This document shows, one piece after another, positions 46,945 through 58,100 of a stretch of DNA of 64,000 nucleotides. How positions within the stretch are numbered: the first letter of the stretch is position 1; each line of letters begins with the position of its first letter. The stretch lies in contig JAIRXP010000086.1 of the NCBI GenBank assembly GCA_031268215.1, forward strand, positions 2,747 to 66,746. Reading direction: 5' to 3'. Source of the DNA: Bifidobacteriaceae bacterium (lineage in GTDB: Bacteria; Actinomycetota; Actinomycetes; Actinomycetales; WQXJ01). A program made the translations under genes and the position numbers. The notes beneath the pieces were generated by a model. That model ran no database searches, was not told the origin of the DNA, and worked only from the letters and a program-made list of their open reading frames with translations.

Positions 46945-49638
46945 ATGCGTACTTCGGAAATCCGCAACCGCTTCTTGGCCTACTTCGAGGACCGGGACCA
47001 CGCCGTGGTGCCCTCCGCCTCGCTGATCAGCCAGGACCCGTCCCTGTTGTTTACGGTGGCCGGTATGGTGCCCTTCATCCCCTACATGCTGGGTGAAGTG
47101 CCTCCGCCGTGGCCTAGGGCCACCTCAGTCCAGAAATGCTTGCGTACGGGCGACATCGAGGAAGTCGGCAAGACAACTCGGCACGGGACGTTCTTCCAAA
47201 TGAACGGCAACTTTTCGTTTGGCGACTACTTCAAGCGGGAAGCTATCGCCTACGCCTGGGAGCTGGTAACCGGCGCTGTGGCGGATGGGTTCCTGGGCTT
47301 CGACCCGGACAAGATCTGGGTGACGGTCTATCACGAAGATGATGAGGCTGCGGCGCTGTGGCGGAGCGTGGCCGGACTGCCGTCTGAGCGCATCCAACGG
47401 CGCGGCGTCAAAGACAACTTCTGGTCCACCGGCCAGCCAGGGCCGGCCGGTCCCTGTTCAGAGATTTACGTTGACCGTGGGTCAAAGTTTGGGCCAGACG
47501 GTGGCCCAGTGGTGGATGAGGACCGGTTCCTGGAAATCTGGAATCTGGTGTTCATGGAGTTTGAGCGCGGATCTGGCGGCGCTAAGGATGACTATCCGCT
47601 GTTGGGTGAGCTAGAACGCAAGAATATTGACACTGGGATGGGGCTGGAGCGGGTCGCCTATCTGCTGCAGGACGCTGCTAATCTCTACGAGATCGATGAG
47701 GTCATGCCGGTCATCCGGCGAACCGAAGAGCTGACCAAGCGGTCGTACGGCGCGGATCCGGAAGCCGATGTGAGGATGCGGGTCATCGCGGATCACGTCC
47801 GGTCTGGGCTAATGGTTATCAGCGATGGCGTCACCCCGTCAAATGAAGGCCGGGGCTATGTTCTGCGACGCTTGCTGCGGCGGGCGGTGCGGTCGGTCCG
47901 TCTGCTGGGCGTCGAGGAGCCAGTCTTCCCGGAACTATTTGAGGTTTCCAAGAACGCCATGATGGCGTCCTATCCGGAACTTGGTCGAGACTGGAAGCGG
48001 ATTTCGGCTACCGCCATCGCGGAGGAAGAATCCTTCTTGCGGACCCTGGCTGGTGGTTCGGCCATCCTGGATGTGGCGATCACCCAAACTAAAGCGGCCG
48101 GCCGGCCGGCGCTGAGCGGCCAGGACGCGTTCCAGCTACATGACACATACGGATTCCCGGTGGACCTAACCTTGGAGATCGCGGCCGAACAAGGACTGGC
48201 GGTTGACCAGCAGGCCTTCCGGACATTGATGAAGGAACAGAAGGAACGGGCCAGGGCTGATGCGGCCGCCAAGAAGACTGGCCACGCCGACACCTCGCTT
48301 TACCAAGAACTGGCTGGTCAGATAGGGCTGACCGATTTCACCGGTTACACTGCCTTTGAATCGGCCGGTCGAGTGTTGGCGGTCATCAAGGAAGGCCAGG
48401 GAATTCCCTTGGCCCAGGCGCCCGCCAGCGTCGAACTGGTGCTGGACAAGACGCCGTTCTACGCCGAGGCCGGTGGTCAATTGGCTGATCAGGGCACTAT
48501 TGAGTTCGAGTCAGGGGCGGTCTTCGAGGTCGATGACGTGCAGCGGCCAATCCGGGGCCTGACGGTTCACCGCGGCCGGCTGACGGAGGGCACTCTAGCG
48601 ACTGGCGACCTGGGCTATGGCCGGATTGATGTGGAACGGCGGCGCGCCATCTCGCGGGCGCACACCGCGACTCACATGGTCCACCAATCACTGCGGGAGC
48701 ATCTCGGTTCAACTGCTACCCAGGCCGGATCGGAGAACGCGCCATCGCGTCTGCGCTTCGATTTCCGTTACGGCACCGGCGTTCCCCAATCAGTCCTGGG
48801 CGAGATTGAAGAGCGGGTCAACTCTGTTCTGGCCGAGGACCTTGAGGTCACAGAAGAGTTGATGCCCTTGGACAAAGCCCGTGAACTAGGGGCCATGGCT
48901 CTGTTCGGGGAGAAATATGGCGAGATAGTCCGGGTGGTCTCGATTGGCGGGGATTGGTCGCGCGAATTGTGCGCGGGGACGCACATGCGTCGCTCCGGGG
49001 AATTGGGCCGGGTGAGCTTGCTGGGCGAGGCCTCGATCGGGTCCGGGGTGCGCCGGGTCGAGGCGCTGGTAGCGGATGGCGCGTACGCGCACCAGGCCAA
49101 GGAACACTTGCTGGTCTCGCAGCTAACGGAAGTATTGAGAGTCCGCCCCGATGAACTGGTGGACCGGGTGGGCTCCCTGGTAGCGAAGCTGAAGGAAGCG
49201 GATAGGGCCCTGGGGGCCATGCGAGCCGCCAAACTAGCCGAACAGGCTCCCGTTTTGGCGGCCGCCGCACGGACAGTGGCTGGAGTGCGTCTAGTTACAG
49301 CGACGGTGGCCGATGCCGCCCCCGACGATCTCCGCAACCTGGCAGTTGATATCCGTTCCCGGCTTGGGGACCACGAACCAGTGGTGGTGGCTTTGGGCGC
49401 GCGTGATCCGGACAGCGGCCGGGGCTCGCTGGCGGTGGCGGCGAACGGACCAGCCCAGGCGGCCGGGCATAAAGCTGGCGCTCTGGTAGGGCTGGCTTCG
49501 AAAGTGCTAGGTGGTGGCGGCGGCGGTAAACCAGCGTTGGCCCAGGGCGGCGGGACTGATGGATCCAAGCTGGAGGACGCCTGGGCGGCCATCGCTGCCG
49601 CCGTGACCGGCGTGATCGCTAGTGTTCATGACCACTGA
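46945..49638 (+). CDS. alaS: Alanine--tRNA ligase
   Basis: Start ATG 46945 is preceded by GGAGG. N-terminus MRTSEIRNRFLAYFE and the editing-domain HTATH motif. Confidence 0.95.
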   Translation: MRTSEIRNRFLAYFEDRDHAVVPSASLISQDPSLLFTVAGMVPFIPYMLGEVPPPWPRATSVQKCLRTGDIEEVGKTTRHGTFFQMNGNFSFGDYFKREAIAYAWELVTGAVADGFLGFDPDKIWVTVYHEDDEAAALWRSVAGLPSERIQRRGVKDNFWSTGQPGPAGPCSEIYVDRGSKFGPDGGPVVDEDRFLEIWNLVFMEFERGSGGAKDDYPLLGELERKNIDTGMGLERVAYLLQDAANLYEIDEVMPVIRRTEELTKRSYGADPEADVRMRVIADHVRSGLMVISDGVTPSNEGRGYVLRRLLRRAVRSVRLLGVEEPVFPELFEVSKNAMMASYPELGRDWKRISATAIAEEESFLRTLAGGSAILDVAITQTKAAGRPALSGQDAFQLHDTYGFPVDLTLEIAAEQGLAVDQQAFRTLMKEQKERARADAAAKKTGHADTSLYQELAGQIGLTDFTGYTAFESAGRVLAVIKEGQGIPLAQAPASVELVLDKTPFYAEAGGQLADQGTIEFESGAVFEVDDVQRPIRGLTVHRGRLTEGTLATGDLGYGRIDVERRRAISRAHTATHMVHQSLREHLGSTATQAGSENAPSRLRFDFRYGTGVPQSVLGEIEERVNSVLAEDLEVTEELMPLDKARELGAMALFGEKYGEIVRVVSIGGDWSRELCAGTHMRRSGELGRVSLLGEASIGSGVRRVEALVADGAYAHQAKEHLLVSQLTEVLRVRPDELVDRVGSLVAKLKEADRALGAMRAAKLAEQAPVLAAAARTVAGVRLVTATVADAAPDDLRNLAVDIRSRLGDHEPVVVALGARDPDSGRGSLAVAANGPAQAAGHKAGALVGLASKVLGGGGGGKPALAQGGGTDGSKLEDAWAAIAAAVTGVIASVHDH

Positions 49639-50143
49639 TCCATTGGCTGAGCCCAAGGAGGGGCCAGGGGCGGGCCTAGGACCTGGCCCGGGCCGCGGCG
49701 CTGGCGGGCCATGGCTAGGGGTTGACTTGGGTGATGTCCGGATTGGTGTGGCCATATCTGACCCGGGACTGATTCTGGCCACTCCGCTTCAGACCATTGA
49801 ACGGTCCGGGCGTGGGGCGCGGGCTGTGGCCCAGGAACTGGCCGGGTTGGCCTCGGCTCATGGCGCCCGGCGTGTGGTGATCGGTTATCCCTTGAACATG
49901 AATGGTTCGGTCGGCGACAAGGCGGCCGCAGCCGCCGAACTGGCGGCCACGTTGGGTGCCGTTCTGGATAGCACCCACCAGGGCCTGGGGGCGGACGTGG
50001 TGCTTCAGGATGAGCGCCGGACCACTGTCCAGGCGGCGGCCCAGTTGCGATCCGCTGGTCGCAAGGCGAAGGCGCAACGCCGGGTGATTGATCAGGCGGC
50101 GGCGGTTGTGATCTTGCAAGCGGCGATCGATTCGCCGCATTAG
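49622..50143 (+). CDS. ruvX: Holliday-junction resolvase-like RuvX (YqgF)
   Basis: Motif GVDLGDVRIGVAISDP and C-terminal DQAAAVVILQ. Overlaps the alaS 3' end. The Gly/Pro-rich N-terminal extension makes the start uncertain. Confidence 0.8.
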   Translation: MFMTTDPLAEPKEGPGAGLGPGPGRGAGGPWLGVDLGDVRIGVAISDPGLILATPLQTIERSGRGARAVAQELAGLASAHGARRVVIGYPLNMNGSVGDKAAAAAELAATLGAVLDSTHQGLGADVVLQDERRTTVQAAAQLRSAGRKAKAQRRVIDQAAAVVILQAAIDSPH

Positions 50144-50216
50144 CCTGGGCCCGGCTGGCCGGGCCTGTGGTGTGCGGGCTCGCCTGGGCTGGCGGTGCCT
50201 GTGGTGTGTCGGCGAG
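50143..50216. repeat. Imperfect tandem duplication (~39 + ~35 nt) in the ruvX-methyltransferase spacer
   Basis: GCCTGGGC occurs at 50143 and 50182. GCCTGTGGTGTG occurs at 50163 and 50197. The unit ends GGCTCGCC and GGCGAGCC are reverse complements. Confidence 0.6.
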
Positions 50217-50233
50217 CCTGCTAAGGTCGCCGG

Positions 50234-51106
50234 ATGAATGATGTGGAACCCGTCAATGATCCGGGCGATCCCAGGGCGCAGCGGATAGCCGATCTGGCCA
50301 AGCCTGGCCATGCCAACACCAAAGTAGCTTTGGTTGAGGACGCTGAACCATTGACCAATGCGTTGCGGGCCAAGGTCCGGGTCGCTGAGGTCTACTACGA
50401 CCAGTCCTATGGGCTTGATCCAGTTGTCGCGGAGGCGGCCGGTGCGGCCGGAGTTCCCGTGATCGGCATCGACCCGGCGGTGGCGACCCGCCTGTTCCGG
50501 GCGGACAAGCGTCCCAAGGTGTTTGGGATCGCCAAAATCCCCCGTCCAGCAACGTTAGATGCTCTGAATGAGCGGCCCGGCGACATCGTCGTCTTGGATG
50601 GCGTGCGGATTGTTGGCAACATTGGCGCCATCATTCGGACGGCTACCGGCCTGGGGGCGGCCGGCGTGGTGTTACTGGACAGTGGGCTGACTGCCATAGC
50701 TGACCGGCGGCTGCTGCGGGCCAGCCGAGGTTACGTGTTCTCTTTGCCGGTCATTGTGGCGACGGCCAGCTCACTCGAGCGGTTTCTGGTGGATCGAGGG
50801 ATCGCGACGGTGGTCCTGGAGGCGGCCGGCCCGGTGTCCTTGGCACAGGCGGCCAGCGCCCAAGAGCGCCTGGCATTGGTCTTTGGAGCTGAGCGTGACG
50901 GGCCCTCGGCGGTCTTTCGCGCCAGCGACGAGTCGGCACCGGCGCTGGCCGCGAGCGCTGCACGAGAGCCGCTGGAGCCGACCCTAGAGTTCGAGACCGT
51001 CGCGATTCCCATGTCTGGTTCCGCCGAATCACTCAACGTTTCGGTGGCTGCAGGGATTGTCCTGTACGCGCGGAACGCTGCTCGCGGTGCGGCGGCGGTG
51101 GGATAG
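50234..51106 (+). CDS. TrmH/SpoU-family RNA 2'-O-methyltransferase
   Basis: SpoU motifs (NIGAIIRTA, LVFGAERDG, ESLNVSVAAGIVLY). Confidence 0.8.
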   Translation: MNDVEPVNDPGDPRAQRIADLAKPGHANTKVALVEDAEPLTNALRAKVRVAEVYYDQSYGLDPVVAEAAGAAGVPVIGIDPAVATRLFRADKRPKVFGIAKIPRPATLDALNERPGDIVVLDGVRIVGNIGAIIRTATGLGAAGVVLLDSGLTAIADRRLLRASRGYVFSLPVIVATASSLERFLVDRGIATVVLEAAGPVSLAQAASAQERLALVFGAERDGPSAVFRASDESAPALAASAAREPLEPTLEFETVAIPMSGSAESLNVSVAAGIVLYARNAARGAAAVG

Positions 51107-51149
51107 ACCCCTAGCCTTCCTCGTGTTCCGTGCCTAAGATTCGGGACAC

Positions 51150-51800
51150 TTAGTGTTCCTCGGCGGGCGCGTCGGGATCTTCCGGTGCGCCTGGCCCAAT
51201 GGTGTGGCGCTTTTCCGCTACGTAGTCCATGACCGCAAACAGGGTTCCAGAGACAACGAAGGTCAGGTGCAGAGTGACACGCCAGACCTCGAAGGTGGGA
51301 TCAACGGTGTGACCTTCCTCCGCCATGTTGATGAAATCCTGCAGTAGTTCGACCAGGGAGATGGCCACGATCGAGCCGACGATCTTGATCTTCAACCCAG
51401 AGAAGTCCAGGGTGCCCATCCATTCGGGCCGGTCTTCGTGTCCCTGGGCTGGGTTGATCTTGGAGACGAAGTTCTCATAGCCTGAGAAAATCACGATCAG
51501 CAACAGGTTCCCCAGCAGCGCCAGGTCAATCAGGCCTAGGACCGCGGCAGCTATCTCGTCGATGGTCATTGTGGCGAATTCCGGGATGTATTCGACCAGT
51601 TGGTGAATGAAGTTGACCATGATGGCCAGCAGGGCCACTGTGAGCCCGAGGAACACGGGTGCGAGCAGCCAGCGGCTGGCGAAGAGGGTTATCTCGGTTG
51701 CCGATTCCAGGAATTCGCGGAACTTCTTCAGCGCGCTCAGATCCTCTTCGGCATCCTCATCGGTAGGTGGAGCGTCCCTAATGTCTGGGATGTCTGCCAT
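51150..51800 (-). CDS. UPF0114 (YqhA/TIGR00645-like) membrane protein
   Basis: ASRWLLAPVFLGL and FSGYENFVSKI closely resemble E. coli YqhA. Confidence 0.8.
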   Translation of the reverse strand: MADIPDIRDAPPTDEDAEEDLSALKKFREFLESATEITLFASRWLLAPVFLGLTVALLAIMVNFIHQLVEYIPEFATMTIDEIAAAVLGLIDLALLGNLLLIVIFSGYENFVSKINPAQGHEDRPEWMGTLDFSGLKIKIVGSIVAISLVELLQDFINMAEEGHTVDPTFEVWRVTLHLTFVVSGTLFAVMDYVAEKRHTIGPGAPEDPDAPAEEH

Positions 51801-51987
51801 GGTAATGTCCTCAATTCCTGCGTGGGATCCCTTGGGGGTTCGCTACCGCCGCTTTGGGCCGCCTGGCGACCCGTAACCCTCCGATTGTAGGGGGCGTTGG
51901 CCGCTAGCGCGAAGCGGCTCCCCAGCGTGGTTGGCGGGCGTCGCGAGCCGCGCCGTGAGGGGTGACTGGCCTGGGCAGGGGACGGGT

Positions 51988-51993
51988 TACAAT
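51988..51993 (+). promoter_or_regulatory. -10 hexamer TACAAT upstream of the P-type ATPase (long leader)
   Basis: TACAAT lies about 140 nt before ATG 52134. A mirror TACAAT on the minus strand (51884-51889) lies about 83 nt before the UPF0114 start. Confidence 0.35.
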
Positions 51994-52133
51994 CTTCCAG
52001 GTACCTTTACCCACTGTGCTTTGTTGGTCTGTGCTTCGCTGACCGGCGTCTGTCTGGTCCAAGCCGGGCCGGCCCGGCCCTGTCGCCGCTGGGCCGCCAT
52101 TGTTCGGCACCTTTGCGGAATCGGAGCAACGAG

Positions 52134-54965
52134 ATGACATCATACGGACTCAGCAGCGCTCAGGCCGAGGCGTCGGCGCGTGAGCACGGCGCCAACGGCC
52201 TGACCGAACGCGAGACCGAGGGGTTCTGGAGCAAGTTCAAGGACAACCTTGGCGACCCAATGATCAAGATTCTGTGCGTCGCCCTGGCCATCAACGTGGT
52301 GTTCACCTTCCTGGGCAAGACCGAATGGTACGAATCCGCCGGCATAGCGGTGGCGGTCTTGCTGGCGACGTTCGTCTCAACCTTCTCCGAGTACCGCAAC
52401 GAGTCTGTCTTCCAGAAGCTTCAGGCGGAGGCTTCCCAGGTCCTGTGCAAGGTTTACCGCGACGGCGGCGTAACCGAACTGCCGATCGATCAGATCGTGG
52501 TAGGCGATTCAGTGCTGTTGCAGACCGGCGATCTGGTGCCTGCGGACGGGGAACTCGTTACCGGTTCGCTGGCGGTAGATCAATCGGTGCTGAACGGTGA
52601 AACGGAGGAAGCCCACAAGGAAGTGATGCCTGAACCTGGGGTCGGCGGGCCGGGCGGGCCGGATGAGCCGGATGACCCAGACGGACTGGACGGGACAGCC
52701 GGCTTCCTTGATCCATACCGCCTGTTCCGCGGTTCGATTGTTTATTCTGGTAACGCCGTCATGCGCGTGACCGAGGTTGGCGACAAGTCCGTCTACGGCC
52801 AAATAGCCGATGATCTCCAGCGTGACGATGACCGTGAGACGCCGCTGAAGATCAAGCTAGCGGCTCTCGCCCAAGGAATCAGTCGCTTTGGCTACATCGG
52901 TGGCATCTTGATCGCCGTCGCCCTGCTGTTCCAGCGGATCGTCATACATAACGGCTTTGAGATCGCCCGGATCACCGAATACTGCTCGGATTGGATGGTG
53001 GTTGGCAACGACGTCATCCAGGCCCTGATGCTGGCAGTAATCATCATTGTTATGGCTGTGCCTGAGGGCTTGCCGCTGATGATCGCCATCGTTTCGGCCC
53101 TGAACATGGGCAAGATGCTGCGAGACAACGTTCTGGTGCGTCGCATAGCTGGCACTGAAACCGCCGGCAGCTTGAACATCCTGTTCTCAGATAAGACCGG
53201 CACCATTACCAAGGGCCAGCTTGAGGCGATGGTGTTCGTTGACGGTCAAGGGCGTGAACACGGCGGTATTGAGGATGTGGAGGAAGGGCTGGGCCGGGTG
53301 CTGGCTTTGAGCATTCGCCACAACACCAGCGCGGTCATCTCTGAAGTGCCCGATGGCGCCGCCAAGGTGATTGGTGGTAACGCCACGGAGCGCGCGATCC
53401 TGGGCTTCGTGACCACCGTGGATGATTTGCCCGGGCTGACCGTTGTCGATTCGATTCCCTTCGATTCTTCGAATAAGTATTCGGCGGCCAGGATTGAAGG
53501 GGACTTGGCGGCCGCTCTGGGGGATGTGGGTGGTCGCAGTGGTACCGCTGGATCCGAGATGGCGGGGATCACGCTGGTCAAGGGCGCCCCCGAACGGATC
53601 CTGGCCTACTGCCGCTGGTACTACGACGGCGAAGGGCACCGCCAGCTCATGAAGGATCCGGGCGTGGTGCAGGCGCGGATAGACGCACTCGCCCAGCGAG
53701 CCATCAGGGTGCTGGCGCTGGCGACCAGCGACGGAATGATAGAAGACGGCGGCCTTCCGCACGGCGAATGGACGCTGGTTGGGATAATCGGCATCCGCGA
53801 TGAAATCCGCGAGGAATCCATTAGCGCCATCCGGGAGGTTCAAAACGCCGGTGTACAGGTCGTGATGATTACGGGCGACCGCCGCGACACCGCCGTGGCG
53901 GTCGCCAAGGAATCTGGTCTGATCCAAAGCGAGGATGACCTGGTCTTGACGTCAGATGAACTGGGAGACCTGAGCGATGACGCACTCAAAGACCTGCTGA
54001 GCCGGATTCGGGTCATCTCGCGGGCGCTGCCCTCAGATAAGACTCGACTGGTACGTGTAGCCCAGGAACTCAACCTGGTGGTTGGCATGACTGGTGACGG
54101 GGTCAACGATTCGCCAGCGCTCAAAGCGGCGGATGTTGGATTCGCCATGGGAGGTGGCACCGAGGTAGCCAAAGAGGCCAGCGAGATCATCATCATGGAT
54201 GACAACTTCAACTCGATCGACAAAGCCATCCTTTATGGGCGCACCATCTTCAACAGCGTCCGGAAGTTCATTGTCTTCCAGCTCACGGTCAACGTTTCCG
54301 CCGTGCTGATCAACTTTGTCGCCCCGCTGCTTGGCATGGTCAATCCTCTGACCATTACCCAGATCCTGTGGGTCAACTTGGTCATGGACACTCTGGCCGC
54401 CCTGGCCTTTGGCGGCGAGCCGGCGCTCAGGCGCTTCATGCGGGAGAAGCCCAAGCGCCGTGACGAGTCAATTGTCAGCCCCTATATGTGGAGCGCTATC
54501 CTGACCGGCAGCCTGTTCGTCTTCGCGATGAGCTTGGTGTTCCTAATAGCCCCGTTCTCCGCCGACCTGTTCCGCACAGGACCAAGCGGCGATCCGGACA
54601 GGTACCTGCTGACTGGTTATTTCTCATTCTTCATCTTTGTGGCCGTCTTCAACGCCTTCAATGCCCGCACGGATCAGCTCAATCTCTTCGACAACATCCG
54701 CCGCAACCTGGGCTTCGTCAACATCATTCTGCTGATCTCCGTTGTACAGGTGCTGATGACCTACTTTGGCGGTCCCATACTGGCCGGGTACGGACTGACG
54801 ATTTCCGAATGGGGATTCGTCTTGCTCCTGGCTATCTTGATCATTCCGGTTGACCTGATCCGGAAGGTGATCATGCGGTCGCTGCGCCGGCCGGACGGTC
54901 CTGAGGCCACTGCACTACCCGGTACGGATGATCCACAGGAGCGGGTCCTGTCCCACGCCGCTTGA
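52134..54965 (+). CDS. P-type ATPase, Ca2+-transporting (type II) family
   Basis: Cation-ATPase N-terminal motif (LSSAQAEASAREHGANGL), DKTGTIT, TGDGVNDSPALKAADVGFAMG, and 10-TM architecture. Start ATG 52134 is preceded by GGAG. Confidence 0.9.
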   Translation: MTSYGLSSAQAEASAREHGANGLTERETEGFWSKFKDNLGDPMIKILCVALAINVVFTFLGKTEWYESAGIAVAVLLATFVSTFSEYRNESVFQKLQAEASQVLCKVYRDGGVTELPIDQIVVGDSVLLQTGDLVPADGELVTGSLAVDQSVLNGETEEAHKEVMPEPGVGGPGGPDEPDDPDGLDGTAGFLDPYRLFRGSIVYSGNAVMRVTEVGDKSVYGQIADDLQRDDDRETPLKIKLAALAQGISRFGYIGGILIAVALLFQRIVIHNGFEIARITEYCSDWMVVGNDVIQALMLAVIIIVMAVPEGLPLMIAIVSALNMGKMLRDNVLVRRIAGTETAGSLNILFSDKTGTITKGQLEAMVFVDGQGREHGGIEDVEEGLGRVLALSIRHNTSAVISEVPDGAAKVIGGNATERAILGFVTTVDDLPGLTVVDSIPFDSSNKYSAARIEGDLAAALGDVGGRSGTAGSEMAGITLVKGAPERILAYCRWYYDGEGHRQLMKDPGVVQARIDALAQRAIRVLALATSDGMIEDGGLPHGEWTLVGIIGIRDEIREESISAIREVQNAGVQVVMITGDRRDTAVAVAKESGLIQSEDDLVLTSDELGDLSDDALKDLLSRIRVISRALPSDKTRLVRVAQELNLVVGMTGDGVNDSPALKAADVGFAMGGGTEVAKEASEIIIMDDNFNSIDKAILYGRTIFNSVRKFIVFQLTVNVSAVLINFVAPLLGMVNPLTITQILWVNLVMDTLAALAFGGEPALRRFMREKPKRRDESIVSPYMWSAILTGSLFVFAMSLVFLIAPFSADLFRTGPSGDPDRYLLTGYFSFFIFVAVFNAFNARTDQLNLFDNIRRNLGFVNIILLISVVQVLMTYFGGPILAGYGLTISEWGFVLLLAILIIPVDLIRKVIMRSLRRPDGPEATALPGTDDPQERVLSHAA

Positions 54966-55193
54966 TCCTGCCAGGGTGCTTGAAGGGATCTTGCCTCGGC
55001 GGTGGCGGGCCGGTGCGGGCCACCAGAGTGAGGGTTGGTGGTTGACGAGAGCGCGAATGCTGTAAGGGAATCCGGGGCGTTAGCCCGACGCGTTGGTTGG
55101 ATGCCAGGCCCGGACACCACCGCCCAGGCCAGCGGCATTAGGGACTACTACGACGGCATCGGGCAACAGGGGGCAAACTGACCCAACTCTGAT

Positions 55194-58100
55194 CTAGGCG
55201 CGGGATTCCGGGCTCTGGTCCCTGGGGCTCTGAGACGCGGCGGGGACCGGCTGGGCGGAAGTGGGTACGCCAGGGCCGGAGCCTGGGGTGCCGGATTTAG
55301 GAGTTGGCGGCCCAGGCGAGTTGAGGCGGGATCGCAACTCGAAGAAGACAGCGGCCGCCAGCAGGGAACCGCCAACGGCTAGCAGCGCCGTCAGCCAGGG
55401 AATCGCGGAGATGCTGCCCTGCCGGGCGAGCGCTAGCACCAAGGCCAGGATCATCGAGCCAGCAGCCACCAGAGTGGGCTGCTGCCAGCGGCGCAGAGCC
55501 CCAATGATCATGAACGCCCAGGCCAGAACCAGGACCATGATGGCTCGCCAGGTCAGAGGATCGGTGCCAACGGCCAGCGTGGAGGGCCCAAGCGTCGCCG
55601 CGACGCCGGGGGTGAGCGACCAAGCGATGGAACGGAGCCAACGGCTGTGGATCAACCCGGCCGCGAACAACGCGATTCCCAACGGCAAGGCGAAAACCTC
55701 GACCCTGAGCCCGCGAGGGGACCAGCCGGCGATCCCTAACGCCACCGCGACCAGCCAAATGGCCCAGAAAGGTGGCATGGTGGACTCGCCCCGGGCCTGG
55801 GACCGGGCAGCCAGAAGGGCCAGCGCTAAGACGGCCGCCATAGCTAGCCACGCGGCCGCGACAACCGGCCATTCAGTCTTCCATTCAACCTGTGTGCCAA
55901 GGTCGACTGAAAAGACTGGTGTCATGGCGGCGACCACCAGCGCGACCAGCATCCAGGCGGACCATGCTCTGCTGTCGGCACGAGGCTCACCGTCTGGACG
56001 GGCCAGGAGCTGGGCTGTCCCGACCACCGCAGCGGCCGCCACTAGGCCAATCAGCACTGCGGTCCCGAACAGGAGGCTGGTGTGACCGGCCAGCGGAAGG
56101 AAGACCTCAAAGCCAATGGGGAAGGGCGACGAATGTAGCTGGCCCACCGTCAGCGCCAGCGTCAGAATCCCAGCCGCTGGGGCTAGCGCGACTGGCGCCA
56201 AGGCTCGGCGCAAATGATCGAAGGCGCCGGCGATGGTCAAGGCCATGATTCCCAGAGCCGTCAATTCTAGGCAGCGCAGCAGCGGATCGTTCGCGGTCCA
56301 CAGCAGGACCAAGGGCGGCACCACCGCCAGCCAGGCGGCGGGCACGGTGAGCCCCACCAGGGCCGGCCGCCGGCTCATCAGGCAGCCGCCAATGGTGGCC
56401 GCGGCGAGGGCGGGCGGCAGTGTGTAAGCCTCAGCCAGCCCAACCTCTCCCATGACCAGCGCGCTCCACAGGACCACACAGCCCATCGCACCGGCGTACC
56501 ACCAGGCAGCCTCGGTGCCGGCGCGGAAGCTTGCCACGCCGGCCGCGGCGGCCGCCAGGATAGCGGCTGTGGCCAACACCGTTGCGGTGTGAGTGAACGG
56601 CCAAGCGATGGACAGGATGACGGTCAGGAAGCCCATGACGGCCGCGGCCGCGATCAGCGCCGTGCCGATGGCGTTCCTGTCGCCGTTTCGTTCGCTGGAG
56701 GCCTCCGGCTTTGGCCGGGACAGCGCCGGTGACGGTGACTCGCTGGCAGATGGGGCGTCCGCTCCGGTTTCGAGGGCCGACGGGAGGCGAAGCGCCAGGT
56801 GGCGAAGCCAAACGCCACCGGCCCCGGCGGCGGCGGCGACTACCGCGATGACCGGGAACAACGTGGGCGAAGCTGATCCAGACATGGAAAAAGCGAGTGG
56901 AACCACTAGTGTCAGCGCGGACGAGAAGACCACCAAGCAGGCCGCGATCACCCTGACGGACCGTGGCAGGGGCCGGCGTGCGGCGAGCGCCACGGTCAGG
57001 CTAAGAATCGCCATGCTCAGGGAACCGGCGAATCCAGTCCAGGAGCGGTCGCCGAACACCAAGTCTGCGGCCGTTATAGCGAACAGGCCGGTCGCCAGAC
57101 CGGCGAGCACCGCCCATGAACTGAGCTGGGGGCGCCTGAACCAAGCCAAGACCGCTGTCAGCAGGCAGAACCAGGCTGTCAGAATGTGGATTGGGTTGGC
57201 GCTTTCCCCGTACTGATCGAGGCACGGCACGGCCAAAATGATGAACGGCAGGCAGGCCGCCCCGCTGAGGAACGGCCAAGCGGCCGGGCGCATGGACATG
57301 CCCACGGCGAACACGGCGGCGGGCACGAGGAACACGCCTACTGCGTGCAGTGAGCTGTTACTGGCCGCCATGATGGTCGCGGGCATTAGTAGGGCCAGAG
57401 CGGCGGGACGGGCGGTCAGGTACAACGCCCGGCTGAAACGTGGCCGCGGTCTGGGGGACAAGACAGCCCCGGCGGCGATTGCGCTGAGCGACAGGGACGC
57501 CGTGACGAGAATGCCGAACCCGAGTTCCGGTGGCACAGGCGAGACGGAGGCCCAGGCGGCCAGGCAGGCTATCCCCAGGGGTACCACGGACCAGTCGCCG
57601 ATCAAGCGCAACCGTGGTGCCGGTCGGACCAGGGCAGTCAATGCGACCGCCAGGACAGGTACTGCCAGGGAGACCGCGACGAATGGCTCGAAGGAGTCCA
57701 CTAACACCATGGCGCCAGTAAACGCCAAGGCGGAAGCTTGGATCAGGAAGCCCAAGCTCAGTGTTAACACCGCGCCGAGTGCTCCTGCAGAGAGGGTCCC
57801 CAGCCATCTCGCCAGGGTGGAGGCCGTTGGAAACGATGTGGGGCCTGAATTGCGCCCAGTGTTTTGGCCTGCGAACACCCGGGCCGGTAAAAAGGCGGCT
57901 ATCAGGGCGATCATGGCCCAAGTGGCCAGGCCTCCAAGAGTGCCGACGGCCTGCGCTTCGGACGGCCAATCGCTGTAGTAGTCAACTGACCCCAGCCAGT
58001 CCAGTGCGGTGCAGAAGCTGATCGCGGAGAATACTAAGGAGGCGCCTGTGACCGGCGCCCACGCCACTTTGTGATCTTGCCCAAGGGCGACGGCGGCGAC

